This document shows, in pieces, positions 1 to 9,114 of a stretch of 20,000 bases of DNA. Position numbers and translations under genes: made by a program. Source of the stretch: Chiloscyllium plagiosum. Lineage: Eukaryota. The notes under the pieces are model-generated. The model saw only the letters and a program-made list of their open reading frames with translations. It was not told where the DNA came from and ran no database searches. Within the stretch, counting starts at the first letter, position 1. Every line of letters starts with the position of its first letter. The stretch is taken from positions 29,418,569 through 29,438,568 of the forward strand of contig NC_057720.1 of NCBI RefSeq assembly GCF_004010195.1, given 5' to 3'.

Positions 1-242
1 GCAAGTGCATTTACAGAGTAAATGTTATATCAGTGCCTAGTGATCTGAACTCTGCACCAGGAATTCTCATCACATTTCACTTTGAAATAAATAACACAGG
101 CAATTTGCACTTTATTTTAGTTGGTATGAACCTGAAACCATTTTGCCCTAACACTAAACTTATGGAGTGTGATTGCATAATTAGATGGCTAGTGTAAAGA
201 AGGGAGATGGCAGTAAGAAGAATCTCATCGACAACTTTAGCA

Positions 243-410
243 AACATAAAACATAGAAAATAGGAACAGGATTCAGCCAATTGCCCTTTGAGCCTGCCCT
301 ACCCTTCAATATGATCATGGCTGATTATCCAACATAATGCCCTGTTCCCACTTTCTTCCCATAACCTTCAATCCCTTTTGCCCTAAGAACTTTAACTCCT
401 TCTTGAATGT
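243..410 (-). mobile_element. CR1-type LINE 3' end fragment (antisense)
   Basis: Begins 'aacataaaacatagaaaataggaacagg...ccctttgagcctgccct...ttcaatatgatcatggctgatt', the reverse complement of the shark CR1-type 3' UTR/tail as I recall it. It mirrors the sense tail 'ttcctatttcctatgttcctat' at ~1438-1460. Confidence 0.75.
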
Positions 411-645
411 ATTAGACAGAAGGTAAATGTATAAAAAGAAAAGAAATGATATAAAAGATGAGGAATACCAGAAATGTTAAATTAATTCATTATACTTTTC
501 TTTACAAATGTCTGTCTATTTCTCTCGGTTCCTTGCAGAACATCAGCTGAGACACCACAACCAGACATCATTCAAAAAGGGAAATTTATTCAGCCATCCT
601 GAGAATAGACTGAAATAGAAAATAAAGCAGCGAAATGTCAAGGAC

Positions 646-710
646 AGTGTGTGTGTGTATGTGTTTATATGTATATTTATGGCTGGTGGATATGTGGGTC
701 TGTATATGTG
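646..710. repeat. (TG)n/(TA)-rich low-complexity tract
   Basis: 'gtgtgtgtgtgtatgtgtttatatgtatat...' read directly. Confidence 0.7.
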
Positions 711-822
711 CACAGTTTTCCAGTTATGCAAATATATAAATGCATGAGTGCAAATGGGTGTCTTTATTGTGCTTATGTAAGTTAATGTATGATCTGTGTA
801 CACATGTTTTGTTTACTACCAG

Positions 823-872
823 ATAAGAGCCTAATTGTTTTGGATACTTGGAAACAATTTTTGAAAGAGCAA
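823..872 (+). other. Candidate 50-bp host exon (xKSLIVLDTWKQFLKEQ), gene unidentified
   Basis: Pyrimidine-rich acceptor 'tgttttgtttactaccag' (AG 821-822) and consensus donor 'CAA|gtaagt' (GT 873-874). Only one of three frames is open (phase 1 in, phase 0 out). No homology recognised. Confidence 0.3.
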
Positions 873-894
873 GTAAGTCTTGCTGCAACCCTAT

Positions 895-1465
895 CACAGT
901 TTGATGACACTACACCTGAATCACTGTGTACTACTTTGGTCTCCTTAATGAGGGAATGATTGACATGACTTAGAAGGAGTCCAATGGAAATTTAGTAGAT
1001 TGATTCAAAGGGTGAGATGATTGAACTTTGAGGTGAGATTGAGAAGAAAGGATTTATCATCCATAGAGATTAGAAGAATTAAAGTAAAATTGTTGAAGCA
1101 TATCACGTTTTTTTCATTTTCTTGATGGAGTAGATGTTGAAAAGGTTGTTTCCCCTTGTTCCCCTTGAGGACGTGACTCAGAATAAAAAATGGCCTTTTT
1201 GTATTGAGAAGACGCACAAATTCTTCACTCAAAAAGTGACGAATCTTTGAAATTCTGTATGCAGAGAACTGGATGCCTTAGTTGATAAGTGCATTCAAGA
1301 CTGAGATTGATAGATATTCTAGCACTAAGAATAAGGAAATCTGGGATCAGTATGAGGAAGCAGAGCTTATGCAAAAGTGCAACCATAATCTTATTGAATT
1401 GTGGAGTATGCTTGATGAGTATTTTGGTCTTCTCTAGTTCCTATTTCCTATGTTCCTATATTCTT
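895..1465 (+). mobile_element. Degenerate CR1 LINE, ORF2 C-terminus and 3' UTR
   Basis: 'cacctgaatcactgtgtactactttggtctcct...agaaggagtccaatggaaatttagtagattgatt' is a decayed HLEYCVQFWSP...LEGVQRRFTRLIP motif; it ends in the 'ttcctatttcctatgttcctat' tail. Confidence 0.8.
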
Positions 1466-1752
1466 TATTTAATCTGCCACAGACACAATGTTGTTCTTTC
1501 ATGAGTATCTAATGACATTTCTTTACAAACTATTGATTTAGTTATTTGTTATCAGGAGATGTGTTTGTGGTGATGACGAGAGTTTGAAATGCAAGATTTG
1601 GTTGTTTCTGATGTCTCGTAGTTAGGTTTTGAATAAACAAAAACAACAATGTTTCTGTATTGACAACTTTACAAGACTTTGTTAGGTTTAGAGACAAGGA
1701 GACCACTTCAGCAGGTCAGAGGAGTGTGGAAAACTCATACACATTTCCAATC

Positions 1753-2050
1753 AGGGATCATGGTGGTGTTGCTTAGAAAAGGATGGGTGCTGTTTATTGC
1801 TTAAGTCAGCCTGCTGGAGTGTAAGGTCTTTTGAAGGTTACTTTTTATTTATCATTCTATTTATAAACTATTTATATTTTTAGACTGAATACTGAGGTTG
1901 ACAGAATAAAAACTCTCTTCAAAGACTCTCCATCATGTGATCTTTTGAATCACTTTAGATGTAACTTACTATTTATATATTTAATTATTAACCCTATTCT
2001 CTGCATTTCCTGCCAATTTTTTCTTTATATAATACATACAGCTTCCTACA
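1753..2050 (-). repeat. 3' LTR of the Gypsy element
   Basis: Aligns by eye to 5150-5428, e.g. 'gtggtgttgcttagaaaaggatgggtgct...gctggagtgtaaggtcttttgaaggtta' vs 'gtggtgggtcttggaagaggtcgggtgct...gcaggagtttaaggtcttcttaaggtca'; shared 'aactatttatat' and 'catgtgatc'. Ends CA at 2050 (TG on minus), next to the PPT. Left boundary approximate. Confidence 0.75.
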
Positions 2051-2080
2051 TCACCCCCCCCCCACCCCCCCACCCCCCAG
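2051..2080 (-). other. Polypurine tract (expanded G-run) of the Gypsy element
   Basis: Minus strand reads GGGGGGTGGGGGGTGGGGGGGGGGTGA immediately followed by TGTAG, the LTR start. This is the canonical Gypsy PPT position. Confidence 0.75.
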
Positions 2081-3536
2081 AGAGTCATTGTTTCACAGGA
2101 ATAAATGTTTTGATTGTTTTACTAATCTCGTTGATCTCATTCATAGTTCCCTTGGAGATGCTCAAGAATTTGTGCTCGCCAAGTTTTCCATGAATGATTG
2201 CTTAAGTCATCAGAGACTGTTAGCTTGTGTTCTAGTTCATGTTGTATTCCTGTACATCACTGTTCCATTCAAATGACATTTTTCTTTCCTTATAGCAACT
2301 AAATCATACCTGTTTCATCTCATTCCTTAATCCTCCTCCCGCAGCAGAAAGTGTTTATTGTATGAATGAATGTTCATCTGTTCTTTGTAAATTTTTTAAA
2401 GATTATCTAAATTCCTATAACTTTCTTGCTGTTGCAAAACTTCTTCAATAAAAGTCTATTCCACTGGTGCTAATTGTTCATTTGGGATTCTTGATAGTGA
2501 TCTATTGTGGTTTGATACTTACTTTGAACATACACTTGTAGCATCATATTTAATTAAGTTTATTCAGAATCCTAGTACACTTGGTACTATTTTTGCAAAT
2601 TTATAGGTGTTCAACCACGTTATCTATTATTTATTTTGTGTTTCTGTCAATGATCTGGGCTCAAAAGAGACTGCTCCTCTGTTTCTGTCTATCTGAATTT
2701 GGAATAATGCTGTCCCTAGTCTCATTGAGGATACTTCAGCAGCTACCATTATTAATAGTTCTCATTCATAATCTGCTGAAATTTCTGATGAAAAAAACAT
2801 ATCATTTATTTTCTCAAAGGATTCCTATTGATTTTTGACCCAACGCCATGTCTGTTTGAATTTGTTCCAGTGCTTCTTATGTGTGAGATGTGCTAACCAT
2901 TTTTCCACTTAGTTGACCAATCCCATGAACTTCTGCAGTTCCATGATATCCTTGTCTCCTGTGGGCCATCGGTAATGCATGTTGCTTGAGCAATAAGTTC
3001 TAAGAACCCAACAATAGACTGTGAGAACTCATATTTCTCATTTTAAGTTAGTCCTTCTTTCTGCAAAGTTTTCAATATTGTTCTCACCCTTTTGTCCTAT
3101 TAAGGGGTGGTTGAACCATTAATTAGAATGTCATCTATATGACAGATAACATCTTCTAATTCCTCTAAGATGTTTGTGATTTCTCTTTGGAACATTTCAG
3201 GGGGAGAAGGTAAACAGTTAAAGTAATTTCCAAACATGATGAAGTGTTTAGATTCTTCATTCAGTGGAAGCTCCTGAAACCACTGCATTCAGTTTGGTGA
3301 AAACAGTGGTCATTGCTAGGCTTGCCAAACTTTCATCTGCAGAGGCCATAGATCCATATTTTTCTCTCTACTGTTTTATTTGGTTGTGTAAAATTCACAC
3401 AAATTCTTAGTGAGTCATTCAGTTCTGGAAATGATACCATCCCAAAACGCCTGGTCATTGCCTTGGACACTGGTGAAATCACTCCTCAGTGAAACATTAT
3501 CTTACTCTCACTTTTTACAGTTTTCAAAGTTCATGC

Positions 3537-3784
3537 AGGGTACATCTTTTAAACGTTGTAAATGTACCCCTATTCACCACTTCCTCAGGAAGATCATTCC
3601 ACATGTGAGCTACGCTCTGTGTAAAAAAAATTGCCCCCATGTCTTTTTCAAACTTCTCTCCTCTCAACTTAGAAATGTGCCCCCTAGTCTTGCTAATTTC
3701 ACTGTTTTTGCTTAAGCCAATTTTTCTTGGATTGCAAGAAATTCAAAATGGCTTCCTCCAAAACTCAGACCACTATCTGATCTC
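3537..3784. repeat. ~248-bp diverged direct copy of 4409-4655 (CR1 fragment + gag fragment) inserted into pol
   Basis: Both copies begin 'agggtac(a/g)tcttttaaa' and end 'gaccactatctgatctc'; shared blocks include 'caccacttcctcagga', 'taatttcactgtttttgcttaag' and 'aatttttcttggattgcaagaaat'. Confidence 0.9.
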
Positions 3785-4254
3785 CAGGCAGGACTGTTAT
3801 TAGTGAAATGACAAATTGGTTTGGCAGCTACTCTCAGTTTCAAGTGGTAAGTTGACTTTACCTCCCCCAAGTCCACTGAACAACTTTGGGAATTCACTTC
3901 TAAATTCTTCTCATTTTTCTGTCATTTTCATTGACCTTGTAAATAAGTCTTAGATCCATACCAGCATTTCTGCTCAGCAAAGAGCATTCTTGAATCAAGT
4001 ATAGAGCTACAATGATGACTCTATCTTTATACTCTGGTCTTGCAGCTTACTGACATCTTACTTTTAGTTGGATACATCCTGATCTTTAGAATTGATTGGT
4101 GGGTGTTTGAAGTATTTCTTGATTCAACAATTTCATTGTATCTGAACTGATAAATATGCCCCAGTGTCAAGTTTGAAATTTGTTTGCTGGCCACTTACTT
4201 TATGTCAGCATTCCAATATTCCCTTTTTGAATCTTTTATTTGCCAAGGAATGTT

Positions 4255-4410
4255 GTTCTTTTATTTTCAGTCACTTATGGAATGTAGGCATCGCTGACTG
4301 AACAAGGATTCATTGCTTATCTCTCGTTGCTCTTGAGAAAGTGATGACGAGCTGTCTTCTTGAACTGCTGCAGTTTATGTGCTTAGTAGACTCACAATGC
4401 CTTTAGGAAG
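4255..4410 (-). mobile_element. LINE 3'-end fragment (antisense) nested in the Gypsy element
   Basis: 'ttcagtcacttatggaatgtaggcatcgctgactg...cttgagaaagtgatgacgagctgtcttcttgaactgctgcag' resembles a frequent shark CR1/L2-type LINE 3' end in reverse complement. Confidence 0.65.
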
Positions 4411-4565
4411 GGTACGTCTTTTAAATGTTGTATTTGTAACCCTATCCACCACTTCCTCAGGATGTTTGTTCCACACGTGAACTACCCTCTGTGTAAAACA
4501 ATTGCCCCTCATGTCTTTTTTAAACTTCTCTCCTATCTCTTTGGAAATGTGCCCCCTTGTCTTGT
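4411..4565 (-). mobile_element. CR1 ORF2 C-terminal fragment (antisense)
   Basis: Minus-strand translation 'TRGHISKEIGEKFKKDMRGNCFTQRVVHVWNKHPEEVV' matches the CR1 TRGH...FFTQRVV..WN.LP motif. Confidence 0.85.
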
Positions 4566-5149
4566 TAATTTCACTGTTTTTGCTTAAGTTAATTTTTCTT
4601 GGATTGCAAGAAATGCAAATGGTTTCCTCCAAAACACAGACCACTATCTGATCTCTAATCACGTCATCTTAAATGCCCCATGGTCACAGTTTTCTGTTAA
4701 ACAATATAGTTTGTTGACTATGAATCAATGCTCTTTCTACATTTTTGTTTCATCAAACGCTGCTCTCTCAATGATTATATAACATCAATGTATTCAGGAG
4801 TTTCTTTGTCTATTCTCTACCTTGTCCACAATGCTGCTGATCACATAGGATAGGATACTGTGCTGATCCTTATTTGATTTAGCTACAAACCCTAAACAGG
4901 TCCTGTATTGAGAGGATCACCTATGCCAGTTCTGTCACTTCTGAACCTATCATGGGGCTTCCTCATGCTCAAATAATTCTGGTAACTGTGGTATCTGTTC
5001 CATGGCCTCCTCTCATTGGAGCTTGGCACCCCACTGTATTGTTATACTGTCACTGTGTTGCCAGTTCTTCACATAAAGCTGGGCTATTTGTTTAGATATT
5101 TCCTTGCTTCTCTGTCTTGCTGCTGAGTCTTTCACTTGGTGTCATCATT

Positions 5150-5428
5150 TGTTATGTCAGTGGTGGGTCTTGGAAGAGGTCGGGTGCTCTCAATCACTTA
5201 AGAGGGATTGCAGGAGTTTAAGGTCTTCTTAAGGTCATGTATCATTCAGCATTCTGTGAACTATTTATATGCTTAGACTTAGGGTCTACACAGTAACATC
5301 TCTCTACAGATTCTCCATACCATGTGATCACTTGCACCACTACTGGCATACTTTACATTTCTGAGTATTAACCTTACACTCAACATCCACTAGAACATCA
5401 TCATTGCATAGACACAGACAGCTTAACA
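5150..5428 (-). repeat. 5' LTR of the Gypsy element
   Basis: Starts TGTTA at 5150 and ends AACA at 5428; aligns with 1753-2050. A possible decayed PBS lies at ~5131-5147. Confidence 0.72.
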
Positions 5429-6824
5429 AGTCCCCAGAATTTATTTAAGTATCAATGTAACAAGCAGAAATTCAATGAATGTGATGGATGGATGACATAT
5501 ATCAGAACAGCAAATAGAAAGTTCTATAGTATTATAGCAATAGGTTGTAGGGTAGAACAGCAATGTGGAATAAAAAAAAAGTTATAGGGCAACACAGGGA
5601 TGTGTAATAAGGCTGTAGGGGGAAAAATGCCACTACACAATGCAGGAACAAGATGCTGGAGGCAGGGCATCAATAAGTTACAGGGGACAGGACAGCAGCA
5701 AGTCATAGATTGGACAACTGACAAATGATAAAATTTCATATCAAACTTTGGTGACAAATATCTGAGTGAGTACGTAAGCCTGAAACCCATTATATAAAAT
5801 TGTGTTACTGTAATCTCATTATAATAACCGTTTAATTATATTGAATGTTGGAATTCAGACATAAAGAAGATGGAAGTGTTATGGTATATTATTCTTGACT
5901 GTCAATGTGTGATCACGCGAGAATACTGTGTGTTATCTCACCAAAATATAGTAAATCACAGAGTGACACATCTAAAAAAACTCCAGATATTAAGGATAAT
6001 GTAATGCTTCTTCAGTTTAAGGCTGTCTGCAAGCAATGTTGATATGAGGCTGTGGATAATGCTGTGATTAATTTTTGAAGAGATAGTACTGAAAGATGTA
6101 GGGCTCTGGCATTGTTGAGAAACAGAATGTGTCCAGGCGTTATCCTGAATCCCCATATCTGCAGCACACTTTCTAATTAAAAATAAACACAACCAGATTG
6201 CCCCAGAGTTTCTAATAGCTCTTTGATTAAAATTAAAACTGATAACAACTGTAATATTTAATGTATTTGCATTTAGTTGCTGCATGCACACTTAAACACC
6301 TGCTGAATAAAGATTGTGAGAATTATTTCAAATGCTGCCTCATTCTACGAATTATTATTGTATAGATATTTGAGCTGGATTGACAATGTCTTGCTATTCT
6401 GTGTCCTTGGATCACAGAGATGTAAAAAATAAAATTGAATAAAATTTCAGTTAATAATGTCAGAACAGAAAAGTATTGCTATAATTTTGTGAATTGAACT
6501 TATCAGGAGGTAGTATGGCTGGTTTGAGGAAGTTGAGGCTTGCTGTACAATGCATTAACATCTCATATACCTAAGCTCCATTTAAATGTGCACCTAGTCA
6601 GCAGCACATTTTCACTGCCTTAGTCGTTGTGATAAGCAGGCAACTGGTTTCCCTTCTGGCAGCCTCAACTTGATCAAGGAACAGGTATTCATGTATTCCC
6701 ATCCCTTTGCCTGAAAACAAACATGATTCAATTATTCTTCCTTAAGCTGCATCTTACTCCAAACTGGGTTGGAGCAAATTTTCTGTATCTCCACAGTGAC
6801 AAAACACTCCCTCTACCTGTCTTT

Positions 6825-7000
6825 AGAATACAAAAACAGGAATAATCCTTTGAGCCCTTCAGGCATTCAACAAGATTGTAATTAATCTGTACTTCAACTC
6901 AACTTTTGCCTCTTAGTTCTCTTACCATTTAAAATCCTTGTCCAATAAACATCAACAAATCTCCATTTTGAAATTTTCGATTAAGCTAGCCTCAACAAAT
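6825..7000 (-). mobile_element. Highly degenerate CR1 3' end (antisense)
   Basis: 'agaatacaaaaacaggaataatcctttgagcccttc..cattcaacaagattgta..atctgtacttcaactc' follows the same tail pattern as 243-410. Confidence 0.55.
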
Positions 7001-7369
7001 TTATATTATGTGTGTGTTATGAAAATCGTATCCAGCCTAAATCAAGGTAATTGAGAGTTTTCTGATGGTTTGTGACAGTAGGACCTATATATGGCCAGGG
7101 CAACAACTAATTTGAGAAAGAAACTTTGCACTTAATGCACTCTGAGATCAATCTGCCATTTTTCTCTGTGGTTGCTACAATATGTTAAAAGGAGGTTATT
7201 ACGTTCTCTCTTATATGTGTGCTAAATGTTGTTACTTTGCTACAAACTGTCAGCCCTACATTTTGAGAAAAGGCAGATGCATTTGTATCTCAGCCCAGCA
7301 GATCTAACCTACTGTTACCAAAGAGAATTGCTTGCCTCATTTCAACGTGTTTAATCTAATTCCATTCAC

Positions 7370-7595
7370 ATATTTTCCTGATTTTTTGTTCTTCATGTAT
7401 TTACCTAATTTCTGTTATATGTACCTGTGCTATTATCGTTAAATGCTCCTTGTTGTAGTGAATTCCATACTCAAACCACTTCTTGAATTCCCTACTGAAT
7501 TTATTATTGATTACCTTATACTTAAAGCCTCTAGTTCTGTCCAGTCATAGAAGTGGAAGCAGCTTCTCTGTATCCATTGTATAAAAATCTTCCAC
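7370..7595 (-). mobile_element. Degenerate CR1/L2-type LINE 3' fragment (antisense)
   Basis: 'gtagtgaattccatactcaaaccact...ccttatacttaaagcctctagttctg...aagtggaagcagcttctctgtatcca' resembles the antisense TRGH...WN region. Confidence 0.5.
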
Positions 7596-7747
7596 TGGGC
7601 TATATCTACTTCTGTTTTTATTTCTTACATTTCAGCATTTGAGCTCAGCTGATTCCCATAGTCTGACCACAAACTGTGTCTAATACAAAATAGCATGGTT
7701 GAAAGTCAGTATTTCCATCAACTGCATTATGTCAAGAGAAAGAGGTA

Positions 7748-7776
7748 AATTGAATTGAATTGAATTGAATTGAATT
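7748..7776 (-). repeat. (TTGAA)n / (ATTCA)n microsatellite 3' tail of Rex1
   Basis: 'aattgaattgaattgaattgaattgaatt' directly adjoining 'tttattg' (CAATAAA on minus). Confidence 0.9.
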
Positions 7777-8549
7777 TATTGTCACGTGTACTGAGGCACA
7801 GTGAAAAGCTTTGTCTTGCGAGCAATACGGCAGATCATATTGTTAAGTAGCATAGATAAGTAAATAATAGGTAAACTGCAGCAAAAACAAAAGAAACACA
7901 GGTATAGGCGAATGCTAATGGTTTGTGAGTCCATTCAGTATTCTAACAACAGTAGGATAGAAACTGTTTCGAAACTGGCTAGTGCATATGTTCAGGCTTT
8001 TGTACCTTCTCCCCGGTGGTAGAGGTTGTAGAAAAGCATTGCCGGGGTGGGATGGATCTTTAGGAATGCTGTCAGCCTTTCCTTGACAGCGGGCCTGGTA
8101 GGTGATTCTATAGATGGGAGGTTGGCCTTTGTGATTGTCCGGGCGGAGTTCACCACTCTCTGTAACTGTCTCTGATCTTGAGTGGTACAGTTACCATACC
8201 AGATAATGATACATCCAGGCAGAATACTCTCGATGGCGCACCTATAAAAGTTGGCAAGGGTATTTGCCATCATGCCAAATTTCCTCAGCTGCCTGAGGAA
8301 GAAGAGATGTTAATGGGCCTTCGTAACCACTGCGTCCACATGAAGAATCCAAGAAAGCTTGTTGTGGATAACCACTCCCAGGAGCTTCACACTGTACATT
8401 CATTCTACCTCTGTGCTTCAATATATGGAGGGGGGGAGCATGAGTAACATCCCGCCGCAAGTCAATATTGAGTTCCTTGGTTTTGCCAGCATTGGGAGCT
8501 AGGTTGTTCTCAGTGCACCATTTTTCCAGGTCTTCCACCTCCCATCTGT

Positions 8550-9114
8550 TGGAGTGGGACCATTCGGCGCAGCCACTTTGGCGCAAGCGATTCGGCACAG
8601 CCGGCTTGACGCAGCCCGTTTTGGCACAGACCCATTTAGGCGTGAGCATTTTGGCACGGCCGGTTTGGTGAGACCCATTTAAGTGCAGAATTGTTTTGTA
8701 GTTATTCAGTAGTTTGTAGTTATTTAGTAGTTTGTAGTTATTATTAAAATAAAATATAACCCATTAAAATGATATTCCATTGAAATTGAAGAAATTCAGG
8801 GAAGCAGACGCTAGAATACAGACACTTGTAAGAAGATTTAGTGAGAGAAATGACATTGAGTATTTACGAGGGATTGCCCATAATTTTGAATTAATGTCAT
8901 ATTTCACATTTTTTGTATTTACCTTATTTCTTTCATTTTTATTTTCTTTTTAACATTTTTACTGAAGAGGATAACCATTATTTTTCTTTTTATTGCTTTT
9001 ATTAATGCTTGTAACTAAGCCTGAAAACAGTTCTGCGCACCAAAACGGGCTGCGCCAAGCCAGCCACGCTGAATCGCTCGCGTCAAAGTGGCTGCGGTGA
9101 ATGGTCCTATACCC
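8550..9114 (+). mobile_element. Non-autonomous Mutator-like (MULE; Phantom/FLYWCH-MULE type) DNA transposon inserted in Rex1
   Basis: 75-bp imperfect TIRs at 8550-8624 and 9040-9114 (61/75 identical by my count), built from ~15-bp GC-rich subrepeats. 9-bp TSD: CCCATCTGT (8541-8549) / CCTATCTGT (9115-9123). Rex1 sequence rejoins across the insert. AT-rich interior with a transposase C-terminal remnant. Confidence 0.85.
8768..8896 (+). pseudogene. Remnant of MULE transposase C-terminus (NDIPLKLKKFREADARIQTLVRRFSERNDIEYLRGIAHNFELM)
   Basis: Hand translation, not in the ORF track. YLRGIAHN at 8861-8884, preceded by a basic K/R patch, resembles the C-terminus of invertebrate FLYWCH-MULE transposases as I recall them. 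Confidence 0.7.

Larger units (their letters stand above)
1753..5428 (-). mobile_element. Old Gypsy/Ty3 (Mag/K02A2.6-like) LTR retrotransposon, internally deleted, with nested insertions
   Basis: Minus-strand remnants in Gypsy order: gag (~5005-4565, 'IRDQIVVCVLEE'), protease 'TNFKLDTGA' (DTGA 4157-4168), RT 'RICVNFTQ..', 'PEMFQREITNILEELEDVICHIDDILING' (3100-3288), RNase H 'VAAEVSSMRLGTALFQ...RSLTETQ' (~2640-2760), integrase Zn-finger remnant (~2215-2250), C-terminal 'RSTRLVKQSKHL' (~2100-2140). Two diverged direct repeats flank it. Confidence 0.88.

Noticed and set aside
5450..5720. Purine-rich stretch possibly from an old LINE 3' end
   Set aside because: Too degraded to assign to a family from sequence reading alone.
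5956..6291. 111-aa minus-strand ORF
   Set aside because: No recognisable motif, AT-rich composition and no convincing splice boundaries; likely chance.
6624..6684. Possible small exon (RCDKQATGFPSGSLNLIKEQ) between 'cactgccttag' and 'CAG|gtattc'
   Set aside because: Weak splice sites, no recognised homology, and phase not compatible with the 823-872 candidate.
8468..8671. GC-rich ORFs (8468-8671 +, N-terminal part of 8242-8649 -, 8959-9141 -) as novel small proteins
   Set aside because: They read through the MULE TIR subrepeats and flanking Rex1 sequence; they are open only because the GC-rich repeats lack stops.
8556..8680. 15-bp periodic repeats as a CRISPR-like array
   Set aside because: The units are degenerate, abut with no unique spacers, are mirrored in the opposite TIR, and the context is eukaryotic with no cas genes.
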